Assembly (NCBI GenBank): GCA_021613535.1
Contig: CP075495.1
Location: 9,052,001-9,116,000 of the forward strand
DNA from: Adineta vaga
Lineage: Eukaryota; Animalia; Rotifera
Length of the DNA: 64,000 bases
Direction: 5' to 3'
Positions 38,601 to 51,752 of the stretch are shown piece by piece. The notes beneath the pieces are model-generated. The model was not told the DNA's origin and did no database searches. It saw only the letters and a program-made list of their open reading frames with translations. A program made the translations under genes and the position numbers. Position 1 is the stretch's first letter. Each line of letters starts with the position of its first letter.

Positions 38601-41600
38601 AAACTTATTGTTGCAAAATCTTTTATTATTCTTGCACAATCAATGAATAAAGAACATTTGAAAACCGATTTTGTCTTTGCCAATAGAAATGATCTAATAC
38701 AAGAAATGGTTAACTATATAACACAAGAAACTGTTGTTAAATTACAACCATCAACATTTAATCAATGTACTAAAGCGTGTCATGCACTTATGTAAGGAAA
38801 AAAGAGAGTCTGTTGATTTTTTTCAGTGATTATTAACTTCATTTTTAATTTCAGTGTTCTACAACCTGAACAAACACTTGCAGAAAAATATCAATTAGCT
38901 CGAGCTACTTTACATTGGTATTGTTCGACGAAATTAGTGAGTAGTTGAACGTTTCTTTTTATATTATCAAAGATGATGATAACATGTTCGACATTTTAGG
39001 AATTAACATCAACTCAAAAAGAAGAAATTTCTTTGTCACTTGGTGCATTGATTATTGAAATACTTAGTATAGGGAATTCACATGAAGTATTCCCTAGTCT
39101 TATTAATGTAAGAAAATTTACTTTTGATTTCTTCAGTACTTGAAAGATCGACTAATATCTATTTTATGTGAATTATTTTTTTAGCTTCTGGAACCTTTTT
39201 GTTTATCACTTCAAGGACATGAACGTACACGCGCTTTTGATATACTTAGTCAACTTATTCAATCAGATGCGACGAATAAACTGAAAGAACAAGTATTTAT
39301 TTGATATTCAAAATAATAGTGTTCATCTTCCATTGTTTAAATAGAATTTAGCTGATGTTGGTGGTGTAATGGCTATTTGTCTTATGTATCTAACCGATAC
39401 GGAATCAACAGTTGAATTAGCAACAAATGCAAGTCTTACTAGATTATTACGACTTCAATCACAACTTGCGACAGGTGAATTATCCTTTCATAAGATAAAT
39501 AATACTCATTAGTTAAATGTTTCAAGGCATTTCAGACAATACCAACGGTGGTGTTAGTACTACTGATCAAGAAAATATAGCAAATGATGAGACCATACAA
39601 GTAAGAACATCATTTTCTTTAGAAAGACAATAATAACTATTTAAAATATTCTTTGAACAGTCTTGTAACATCAGTAAAACTACAGAAAATGATAATCAGG
39701 TACCGTCTTGTACTAGTTATATAATTATTTCATCCTTAGTAAAAAACTTCCAGAGTTCCTTTTGTCTATCCAATAAATATTGTCGAAGAATAAGTGTGTG
39801 TATCACGTAAATAGTACATGTATATATATATATATGTAGAATATTTATTAATATGCATCACTTACATTAAATGTTTGCTTTTCACTTTACTCCCGTTGAT
39901 TTTAAATTTGAATAGAATGAATGATTGTTGCATTTTTATAGAGTTTATCGGGTAATCTTGAACCGCGTTGTCTTTTACCTTTCATCGAAAAAGCTACTGA
40001 AATTATTGCTGATACACGAGCTGTCGGATCTGTGGTCGTATGCAATGTTCTATGTAAAATATTCGATTCACGACATGGAGAATTAGTTGACCAGGTAATA
40101 GAAACTATAGAATGTATCATAATTTTCATATAATTTATTCTATTCTAGATCGATTATATTTTTAGTATTATGCTTAATAAATATAATCAAATAACGAATG
40201 AAGATGTTTTACGAGCATTACGAGCTGCTTTCAAACAACTTAGTTTATCGTGTTCAAGTCGTGTCTTTAGTACACTGATGAATTTTGGTATACCATTTAC
40301 TAAGTAAATTATTTGAAAGAAAAATAGATGCATTCTTCTTATTGTTTATTTCGTTTTATTCGATAGAAATCTAGTAACTATTATTCACGATCTTGCTGAT
40401 AATCGACCATTGACCGAAGCTGTTCTTGCACAAATTATGGAATGTTGGTCACGTTCATTACCTTACGAGGAAAAAGATTCACAACGACATGCAACTGCTC
40501 AACCATTAATGGCTCTATATCTACTGAATCAATGGTTACAATCGGATCGTATATGTGATCTTGGTGAATATGCTTTTCCACGTTTATTTGTTGCTCTTTT
40601 TATTCGTATGGCTTCACATGTTGATACTCATCCACCACAAAATGTACCACCATTACGTCGTATTACACCACCAAATGGTAGTTCTCGACGTGATTCAGGA
40701 GCGAGCAATGCTAGTGCTACTCCTTTGACCAATACATCAGCAACAAATGCTAATGCAGCAAAAAAGCCATCATCTCGTCTTGGTCTATTTGATTCAAAGC
40801 CATCACGTAGTTCTACAAAAACATCAGCTTCTACTGATCAACAACAAACAAATATGGGACCAACGAATAATGAATTAAAAAAGATTGAACCATGGCGTCT
40901 ATCCAATGATTGTATGATGCATTTTCTTAAAGTTTATAATTGTCAAACAGAAATCAATACAAATGTACCCTGGGAAAAAATGGCTAAATTTGATACAGCT
41001 GATTCTGCTCTTGAATCACTTGCTCAAGGTCTATCACGTTGTAATCATATAACTCAAAAACAATTGAATATTATTGTGGAATTACTTGGACAAGTATTAG
41101 ATGGTCCTTATGATATTCAACGTATTTGTGTATCAGCATTTTTTGCCGAATTTATTCGATGTAATCCTGATGATAGTGATGATCAACGTTTTGTTCGAGA
41201 ATTAATTCGTTATCTCCTAGGACGCTTAGTTGATCATAATATATATGTAAGAAAATTCTGTTTACGTGGTCTTGGTTGGTGGCGACCAATTCGTGATAGT
41301 CAAGAAGATAAAGGTTTACCAACGACAATACTTGCATCTCTAAGTAAGATCGAATCTATAGATGAAATTTCATTTATTCATTTGTAATTTCGATTTAGTT
41401 TCTGGTTTGGATGATCGAGATGATAAACATGATCTTCTAACATTAGAAGCAATGTGTTCATTATCAAATGTGATTGCTGTTATGAATGAAGATGAAGTGC
41501 GACCAATTCTAATGAATGTTTTATTACGAATTCGGCCTTGTTTCGAAAAAGTAAGAATATATTCGATTTCTTTTTTAACTATTTCTTTTTATTTTCTTTA

Positions 41601-42206
41601 GGAAGAAGCAAAAGTACGTTCAGCAGCATTTACATTATTTGGCAAAATGGCATCTGTTTGTGAAGGAAATTCACGTGAAGCATTTGTTGAACAAATATTT
41701 TCATCATTAATAACATTAACACTTCATTTAAATGATCCAGTTGAATCTGTACGTGAAAGTTGTAAAACATGTTTTCAATCAGTTGCACCCTTACTTGATC
41801 AACCAACATTAATGGAATTAATTAAAGAAAATCTTCAACCAAAAATTTCTCTTTCCTATCCAGAATTTATCAATGATTTTTCTAAGATTTTAGTTGAACA
41901 ATATCCATACAAAGTGAACTTTTTTATTATGAATTGTATAATATTTTTTAAAAATCCTGTCCCAGAATTACGAGCAAATGCAGCAGTGGTAGCTGGTTAT
42001 TTAATATTTAATCTAACTGAAGAACAAATTAATGGTCTATCAAAAGAACATATTTTGAATGGTAATAAATTCGGGTTTTTTTTCTTTCTCTATATAAGAT
42101 TATAATTTTGTTTATTTTTCTAGCATTTATCATTCTATTGAAAGATCCAAATCCAGATGTACGTTGTCGTGTAGCGGAATCGATGCATTTTATGTTTAAA
42201 TTCTAA
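35622..42206 (+). CDS. MROH1: Maestro HEAT-like repeat protein (MROH1/HEATR7A-like)
   Basis: HEAT-type repeats: LIDTLSDKNDKVR, SRILPMMG, VAMACHGYLQLEG, LWPLLMEF, RKFCLRGLG, LRIRPCFEK, LHLNDP, and C-terminal LLKDPNPDVR. About 25 short introns. Confidence 0.88.
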
Positions 42207-42599
42207 TCAATCAATCAATCATATTAACGCAATATTTCTTTCTCTATTAAACTTTCCATGATTGTCTTTCATATAAGTAATTTTCCATTTTTAATTCAGT
42301 AATTTCATGACGAATGTATGCGTGTGCGTGTGTATTTCTTTCTGCATCTAATAAATTTTTAATTCCAATATTCTCGTTATTTATGAAAATTTTTAGATAA
42401 AATTTCATCCGAACTATTTCTTAGACGACACAATATTTATTGAGAAACATTCTTTTATTTGTGTTTTTTTTCCATGAAATTATTTTAATAAATTTATTTT
42501 TTGAAACATATCGATCGGTTTTATTTTCTTGATTCATGCAAATTTGAACAGGTTCTTGCCTTCTGCTGATATTTATTTTAGATCTAATTTACTATTGTG

Positions 42600-45500
42600 A
42601 TGAGTGCTCGATATCCAGGATTTGGAAGTAGACATGATGATGGTGAAGTTAAAGAAGATTTCGTCACTATTGGTACTCATTTCGATCCAGCTGAACCAAC
42701 GAATAGTACATCAATTGTAGCTACATTGGGTATGTATAGAAGACGGTTTATTGACAGGTGCGAATGACATATTGACTTTCATTTTGTCAGGGAGAAAAGC
42801 TTCGAAACTTGTTGATCTGTCGACATCGAATTATGGCTATGATGGAAAACGTTTTCATGGTGCATTTACTGGTGGTTTTAATGCGGGTTTTTATAATACA
42901 GTTGGATCTGTTGAAGGTAATGAGACTAGTTTTGGTAAGCAAAACCATCTTGTTATTGTCTGTTTCAAGGATGGCGACCAAGTGAATTCAAATCAACTCG
43001 AGCATCCCGTGCTGAAAAACGGAGTTATGAACCAGAAGATTTTATGGATAAAGGAGTATGTATTGTTCGTACCTGAGAATCATTAAAAAAACTTTTTTTT
43101 CAAATAGGATTTTGGTGAACATGGTATTAATCCAAAACAAATCAAGATTCGCAATACATTCGATCACAATGAATCTTCAACACGTAGCAATGTGAAACAA
43201 CCATTGGGATCTGCAAATCAACAAAACAATGAAGATATATTACGTGATATGATTAAAATAAAGTCGTAAGTATACATACCATGTTTATCGTCTGTTTTAT
43301 TTTTCGATCGATTTATGTAGATTATCCATTGGAAAGAAAATTCTAATGAGTATGGGTTGGAAACTAGGTGAAGGTGTTGGTGCAAAAATGTTTCGTAAAC
43401 AGCGACAAAAATTAAAATGGTCATTAACACAAGAAACACCAAAAGATCTACCATCATCACCTCCACGTTCAGATCAACAAGAACCATCAACTGGTGCGAA
43501 AGTTTATGGTGTTGCAATGCCACCACCATCTTTTCAACAGACAACAATAAAAGCATCACGTTTAGATGATGATGATGATGATTATTTTGATAATCAAATT
43601 GTAAGTTCATCTTGAACGATAACAAAATTTTAAGTATCACTTGATTTTTAATTCTTTTTCTAGTATGCAAATGTTAGTTTACCACCATTAGATTATGAAG
43701 TACATTTTCAATTACAGAAACACGAGCATCATGGTCTCGGATACAAAGGATTGGAATCTTTGAATTTATTTGGTCATACAAATTTATTTGTTCAACCATC
43801 TCTCGAAAAACAAATCAATAATGTAAAAATTCGTGGTCAAGTATGTTCTATTTTCTATTTCTATTATTTCTAGTCAATAATTCGTTTTATTTCATAGGCA
43901 TTTGGTGTTGGTATTGAAGAAGATGAAGATGATCGCGATATTTTTGCTCAAGATGATCTTAAACAATATGATTATGAGTTAACTGCAGGAAATGATAATA
44001 CCACGGATATTATGCGACAAAAAGCACAAGAAACAAATTTTGTACTCAGATTTGTTCGGTATGAAGCTATGTCAATGCCAGTTGTTTATTCATCACCTGA
44101 CATACCTCAAGATTTCAAAATTGGGCATCGTTTTCCAAAATCAACTATGCCTCCGCCACCACAACTTCCAGTACCTTCTTCACTTTCATCCATTCCTTCT
44201 GATGAAATATCAATTATTGAACCACCAAAACGACCATCTATTCAGCATGATGCTAATACTCGTGGTCTTCTTCTTGGTGATCTCTCATTTCTATCTCGTC
44301 CACCACCAAACATGAATATTCCACCTCCTTCTGTTCCTTCGTCGCTACCACCAGCACCACCATCATCAACAATAACACCACCACCACCACCACCACCACC
44401 ACCAACAACAACAACAAAAACAAAAGAAGAAGTAATACCAATTCAAACAACAACTCCAACCACATCACTTGAATGGGATGTCGAAAAACAACGTTCAACA
44501 CAATCTGCTCCTGTGCCCACAAACAATGCTAGAGCACAATTTTTAGATGCAGTTAGAAATCGTTTTACTTCATCCTCTGAAAGTGAACAAGTGACTGAAC
44601 GTCAATCAATGGAAACTGCCTTTGAGGTAACTTGTTGTTTTATTAAAATTAATCTTCATAAGTCGGCATGATATTCTGTGTATTATAGAACGACTTGAAA
44701 AAAGCGGTTTCATTGAATCTCTATGGTGATCTAACTCGAGCTACATCTGACTGGAAACCAAATCCATTGCTATGCAAACGTATGAATATTCCAAATCCAT
44801 ATCCAGAGTAAGTTAATGCATATGAAAACAACTAATACTATGATACCAATTTTCTTTAGTGATGCTTATGAAGATTCGAAAGAATCAAAAAAATCTCGAC
44901 GACAACTATGCTCCAATCTTTTCGAACATCTTTTCACAACATCAACCACCGATTCATCCACATCTTCGGAACAACCTTCGTCAACTGTTACAATCCCATC
45001 GTCGATATCTCAAACAAACGAAACAATTCAACCATTACCATCAATAGCAATTCCAACACGTATTGTACCACCGAAACCAGTAGCACCGAAATTAGAATTT
45101 GCTTTAATTGAATCATTTCAACAGGTAAAACATCGAACTATTTAAGTTATTTATTTATTTTCAAATTGTAATTTTTTAGGAAAATCAAGAACGACCTCCT
45201 TTAGATTTCTTTTCAGCAATATTTGATAATGAAGATTCTGACGAAGAGAATGTCGATGAACCAGACACAGACGAAAAGAAGAACAACAATGATGTACCAA
45301 AACCAATAAGTACACAAAGTTCTATTACGTTCGGTCCTTCCTCAATTCCAAAGTCAGCAAAATCTTCTGTTGCACACCTTATTCATGATATTGATGAATC
45401 GGATAGTTCCGATTCAAGTATAGAGGAAATTGAAGTATTAGGTAAACAATAAACATAATTTAATCACACCAATTCTTATTTTCTGTTTTCAATGTTTTAG

Positions 45501-45801
45501 ATAAATCATCTCTTGTCTATGGACCAATCATTCCTAATAAAATTCCAAGTCATCCCAAGACGAACCATGATAATTCAAGTAAATTATTTTCACGAATATC
45601 TTCTTTCAAAATGATATGTATAATTACTTGTTTTTAGTATGGACAAAGTTAGCCGATCCAAACGTACAATTTGAAGAGTTAAAACAAAAGAAAAAGCACA
45701 AGAAAAAGAAAAAACATCACAAAAAGGTTTGTTCTAATTTACTTTGAATCGACTACTTATCTTTTGTTTTGTTTTTCTAGAGTAAAAAGCATCATCATTA
45801 A
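42600..45801 (+). CDS. GPATCH1: G-patch domain-containing protein 1
   Basis: RFHGAFTGGFNAGFYNTVGS.EGW.P..F.S.R..R and EDFMD.ED; G-patch SIGRKILMSMGWKLGEGVG; GQAFGVG..EDED; W.P..LLCKR.NIPNPYP; Lys-rich C-terminus. Confidence 0.93.
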
Positions 45802-45950
45802 TATTTCTCTGTTTTGTAAATATTTCATATAAAAAATCATAAATAAAACAAGATCTATCATTTCTTAACATGATCAGTACAGAAATTTATTGAATGATTG
45901 ATTAGAAACAAAGCGCGTTTTAGTTCGAGCTATTCAGTAACAGATAGAGA

Positions 45951-47670
45951 ATGACTAGAAAAAGTTTGTCAAGTGAGTCACATGATCCTATGGAGTTATT
46001 AATCACTGATAATATTCCAAATCCATTTCAAAGACGTCAATTTGCTTTTCAAGTTTTACCTGAAGAAAAAGATCCTATGAGCCGAGCTAGAAAATACTCC
46101 TTTATCATGCCTACATTAAAAGCTCGTCTTCAACAATTGTTAACAACACGTATATGGGAATATATTATGTTTATTCTATCTATCTGGTCATTTATTCCGT
46201 TATTAATTGAACATAAGTTACCAGAATTAAGATTATTTTTTGAATTAACACACGAAATCAATAAAGGTTCGTTAGATTTTCCATTACTATGAGCGTATCG
46301 ACAGATACTTCGTATTGTAGCTGCATTGTGTATTGAAGTTTGCTGTAAATTATATATCGATTATCGTTGGTTTTTCTATGATTATTGGAATATTTATGAT
46401 TTAACATGTGTAATTCTTAATTCTCCAGTGAGAAATGATTTCTTTTTTCGAATGATTCATCTTTTCCTCTGATCTTTATTAGTTTATTTACCATCTCTTT
46501 GTACCTACTGACTTGGGTGTTCCACAAATGAATAGTATTCAACGACTTTTTCGTACATTACATGCTATTCGTTTAATACGTATTCATTCTCTCTTACGAT
46601 TTGTTGTTGAAACAATTTTTATTGCTCTATCGAGTATTTATAATACCTTATTATTAGAATTTGTTGTCGTAACAGTTTTTGCACTCTTATCAATTGCATT
46701 TGAAGGCGATACAGCATTTTGGGATTCAAATGTCAATGAACCATATGAAAATTATACTGAAGCTCTTTATTCCTATTATATGTGTATCACATTAGAAGGT
46801 GTCAATGAAGTTGCTGAAGAAATTTTAAATCTTGATTCACCTGAATTTACAACGGCTATTGGATTAATTTTCTATATATTTGCCGCTATAGTTACATATA
46901 GTGTCGGCCAACTTCTTGCAGGTAACGATATCTCTATGCGCAAACATTTCTTTAGAGAATTTCCTTATATTTATTGATTAGCTGTAATTGCTACACATCT
47001 TGGCAATGCAATGGATAAAATCACACGTGATAAATCTTCTATAAATCGAAATCCATACAGTACAAAACTAGTTGGTTTACAACGTCCAATGACAGGCAAA
47101 CAAGTGATAAACAAATGTCGTTGTACAACTGATGAAGAAGTTCACACTTTTTCTCAATTAAAACCCGATGATCTCGTGTTATTAATTATACTTTTTCAAA
47201 TTCTCGATAAAAATCTATCTGAATACGATCATATTCTTCATGATGTCCGTCGAATCGGTGAATATATTGTAGATTATAATCAGAAACAATTTTCTTTCAA
47301 TTCTCCTAACAATCATCAACTATTTCTTCAAAAACAACGATTAAAATCCATGATGAATACTTTAAGTATATATTACACAGCAAGAAAACTATAATGTATA
47401 GAAGACCTTACTTTAGGTAAAATTCTACATCATCTAACTAATCAAGATGAATTGTTGAGTCCATTGGGTGAATTTCTTACACATGAAACTCAAAAAACAC
47501 ATAACTATCAAGATAATCTTCATCATATTTTTGAAAATATCGAAGAAGAAATAGTAAAAATTGAACATCGACTTCAAAAAACATCTTCAAATATCGAACA
47601 AAATCAACGACATCTTCTTATAATTGATCGATTGAAAGAAAAATTTTATAAAAAAAATCATTTTTCATAG
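45951..47670 (+). CDS. Single-domain 6TM voltage-gated cation channel subunit, CatSper-like (closest recalled: CatSper4/3)
   Basis: S2-S3 EVCCKLYID...FFYDYWNIYD; S4 QRLFRTLHAIRLIR; pore YSYYMCITLEG; S6 ending VIATHL; C-terminal coiled coil LDKNLSEYDHI. Confidence 0.72.
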
Positions 47671-47756
47671 TTTATGTTTTTTTCCAGTTAAGATAAATTA
47701 TGAAAAATGAATTACCAACTAGCAAAAAGAAAACGATTGTTTAAAACTTAGAGTCC

Positions 47757-50163
47757 TCATTGAATCAATGGAACATCTTCATCTTCATCTTCCAACATAC
47801 GTTCAACTGAAAATTCTTGGATATTCGATTCACGATTACGAATAATTTTCACCAAACAACTTCCAACAAACATCTAGATAGATGGTAAAATCGTTGTGTT
47901 TATAAGTATACAAAAAACAAATAGTCGAAACAACTTACAAGAAGAAATAACCAACTAAGACAAAAATATACAGCACCAAAAAACCAAACTTTATAGAAAA
48001 ATCGAAGAATTATACGACCCATTACTGTCATTTGACATTGATCTAAATACGAAAAGGCAGTAACATAAAATTTTCAAGTAGATACAAATATGTCTCACCA
48101 GTTGTCACATATTGTGTACAAGGTTTGACTATCATAGTTCCATTCTAAATAGAATGAAAATATTTATAAACAATTTGCTTTACTATTCTGAAATCCTTTG
48201 ATTACATACATGTTCTTTGACAGCATAATGTTGATCACCATAGATAGAATACTGCGGAATGAGAAGATATACGAAGACATTAATTGCGACGACAATAAAC
48301 ATCATAAAAGAACAAAGCATTAAAATAGCTTGTGGTTTTGTTCGTCCTCGAGAAAATCGATACATCTTTGAACGAAAACGAAAGAAATCGAATTTTAATT
48401 ATTCATAATCAATAACTTACTCGAACGCAAAAGTACCAAATACCAAGTTGTTGTAAACCAAAAATTGACGTTATAATAATATAGAGTAATAACAATGATA
48501 ATATAATATAATTCACTGGATAAAACTTTCGAAAAAAAAAACTTATATGCTCGTGAAGAAAAAGATAAAATTATCTTACTTTTCCAGTCCAAGTTAATGC
48601 TACATCGATTGGATTCGGTAATGTTTTATTTCCTTGAGCGAATATTTGTTTAAAATTGACAAAATGTATACATTTATTAATGTTACTCAAAAGAAGTGAT
48701 ACGAATATAAGAAGTGCTAAGAGAAGTAATAAAACACCGAAAATAATCTGTACTGGACGATAAATATAACGGCATTTAAAAAAGAAACTTCGACGAACAA
48801 TTTTAATTGATTCTTCATTTCGATTCAATACCATTTCTTTTTGTTCCAAATCCTCTAAAGATTGACAACATCATTCAATAAAGATAACTTCTCTAAACAA
48901 ACACTTTCCTACCTAATTTGCGTTTTTCACGCGATGGCATTGTTACATGACGTGGATACTATTCGAAAAGAAAATGAATAGATTATCAATATGTTCAGTC
49001 ATTGATTTACTCGATTTTTAATTGCTTGTATTTGAGCTTGAATGGCAACATGTTGCTCTTCAATAGCTTCGTGTTGTAATCGTGCATTTTGTTTTCCTCG
49101 AATGAGAAATAAAGGACAAGCTATTGAACCATAGCCCTAAACAAGAATAATATTTCAAAAAATATATATATATGTATTGTATATGTTGGATTAAAATCAC
49201 CTACTGTATAAACTGTGAGTAGAAAGAAACCGATGATACTTAATGAAAAAATCGCAAATGAAATTGAATCTTGTAGTCCTGAAGTATTTTATAGATTAAT
49301 GATAAACTAAAAAGATCTATTGATTCTATTACTTGAACTATCAAAATGATTGATTAAATATTTGACATTATCCCATTCACTCGTAGAGTTATCCGATGGT
49401 AAGGTGGCTAACTGTGGAACAAATATACTAAAAGCAATGGCAAGTCGTATAGGAAAAATGAGAGATTGAAAGTTTATATACCCGAGTATGAGTAATACCA
49501 GAAGAAAGATTAAAAATCCCATTGTCCATTTTATTGCGGAACAAATTCTCTAGAAAGAAAAAGAAACTTAATTAAAATCAATTCAAATTTTGTCGTACTT
49601 TTGATATCTTTTCTCCTTCTTCTTTTTCTTCGTAATAGAAGAAAAAAAATGGATTGATAAGAAATGCCATGATGATAACAAGCCCGTAGAGAACTAGAAA
49701 TGCATATCTTTGTCGATTTAAAATAGAAAAATAACATCTTCTTACCATAATATCCAATTTCTACGTATTGTTGAATATTATCTCTTGTCGTTTGATTTTG
49801 CGTCCATTCCTAGACAAGATTTCGTTGAATTCCTATCATTCAATATCAATTTCTTTTTAAATCTTACTTTAAATGTTCCATCGGAATTTTTCATAAATGA
49901 TACCAAAATAACATCTGTAGGTAATAGACTAGCCGTAAGTAAAGCAATAATTAATGAAAGCGAACAAGTAACTGTAACGAAATAATCTCGTTTTCGTTTT
50001 TGTTGATATCGTGAAGTAAATATCAATGAGAACAAGACAATCAACTAATCATATCATTAGAATAAATACAAAAATAAATAGAAAGAAAAGAAACTTTTTC
50101 AATACATACTATCGCAACAACAGCAAATGGCAACCAACTGCCCAGTGATGCTAAAACCAGCAT
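47757..50163 (-). CDS. LMBRD1: Lysosomal cobalamin transport escort protein LMBD1 (LMBR1-like family)
   Basis: SLLPTDVILVSFMKNSDGTFK, PFFFFYYEEK, LPNPID, YRFSRGRTKPQAIL, PQYSIYGDQHY, CQMT...KVWFFGAVY, and an acidic tail. Confidence 0.9.
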
Positions 50164-50542
50164 TATTTGTTCTATAAAACAAAGACGAATAAATCTATCG
50201 AAAGAAAAGAAGATTATATAAAGAGACTAGTTTGTACAGATAGATACATATTCATAAAAGAAAAGAAAGAAAACGAAAGAACATAATATCTTGATTACAT
50301 CGATCATAATAATGATCAAAATTATCAAATAGATAAAGACAAAGCTTTGTCGAGACAAAAGATGTATAGACAAATTTATTAAAACTAGTCAGATGAACAT
50401 CTATTAAGACAAAAATAAACACTATAAGAGTTGGATCAACATGGATTGGAATTTTTTTTACTCATTACATTTGTCAACTATATAAGTAAAGAAGAATCAT
50501 CAGTTGTTCAGTCATTCAATTGCATTCTTTCATACAACTACA

Positions 50543-51752
50543 ATGATGAACAATCATCGTGTTCTTCTTTATTTGACTATACTCTTCATTTCGATATTCT
50601 CTATTACATTATCATCGACACCAAATTGTCCTGTAGAAGGTAGAGAGAGAGAGAGAAGAAAATTGTTTTACCTTTCGAAAATAATTAACTAAAAACTTTT
50701 TCTTTCAACATATTAAGCTGATCCAGCATCGATTCTTAGTTGTGTTGCGATTGATGCCGTTGGATTAGTTCAAGCAACCAAAGGAAATTTAAGAGTATTT
50801 TGTACAATGGCAGAACGGTTTATGGAATGTGTGAAAACTAAAACACGTGGTTGTGTTGGCGAAGAAGTATACATAGAAAAGATCGTTTTCTTTCATTTAA
50901 ATAGTATTGACTTTCTCTGTTTTTAGTTTGTACGTGGATCTTTAACAGAATTGATTGAATTATCACAAAAATGTTGTGCGAATAAGAATGAAAAAATCAG
51001 TGAAGAATGTCCATTTATTGGTTCGTAAATCTTTAATAAAAATAATATTCGAATCGTTCTTACTTTTTAGCACGACCTCAATGCTTTTCATTAGATGATA
51101 CAGTACAAACATCGGATGGTGACGAAATATCGATTAGAAATCTTCAAATAGGTCAAAAAGTATTGGCGTTTGATCATATTGATCAAATTATTTCGACAGA
51201 AATTATTGCGATGTTACATTATGAAAATAATTCTCAAGGTAAATAAAAGATTTGATTATTTTAAAAAGAAATATTTTCCGTTTTTCAGCACTTTTTTATA
51301 CATTTACAACTGAGTCAGGTCATCAACTTTCATTAACATCGGAACATTTAATCTACATTGGTAATCAAAGTTATATTCAAGCTCGTCATATCGATTCAAA
51401 AGTACATCAATTATTTACTATCGAACAAAATGGTCTCTTGAAATCATCAGCTATTCGTTCAATTGATGTACAACTTAAATATGGCTATGCAACACCGATT
51501 ACTCAACATGGAACATTACTTGTCAATCGTATTAGTTCATCATGTTATGCATCTATTCATCATCATTCAATAGGACATATAGCTATGGCACCTTTACGTT
51601 GGATTCATCAAACTAAACAAATATTTGGTTTGATCGACACGAAGGAGACAAATGAAAATGGTATACATTGGTATCCAAAAGCTTTGAATAATATTGTTCA
51701 TACATTTATTCCTTTTCCTGGATTATTTACAACTACTACCGGCACAATCTAA
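50543..51752 (+). CDS. Hedgehog-related Hog-domain protein: signal peptide, small Cys-rich N-domain, then Hint/SRR; 5 exons
   Basis: Exons about 50543-50639, 50718-50866, 50927-51020, 51071-51238 and 51289-51752. Hint start PQ|CFS, IRNLQIGQKVL, LSLTSEHLIY (TxxH), GYATPITQHGTLLVNRISSSCYA, HHSIGHIAMAPLR, GIHWY. Confidence 0.9.

Noticed and set aside
51071-51752. True intein or canonical hedgehog gene
   Set aside because: No terminal His-Asn followed by a C-extein nucleophile, and an SRR-type tail is present, so it is a Hog domain. There is no Hedge domain, so it is not hh.
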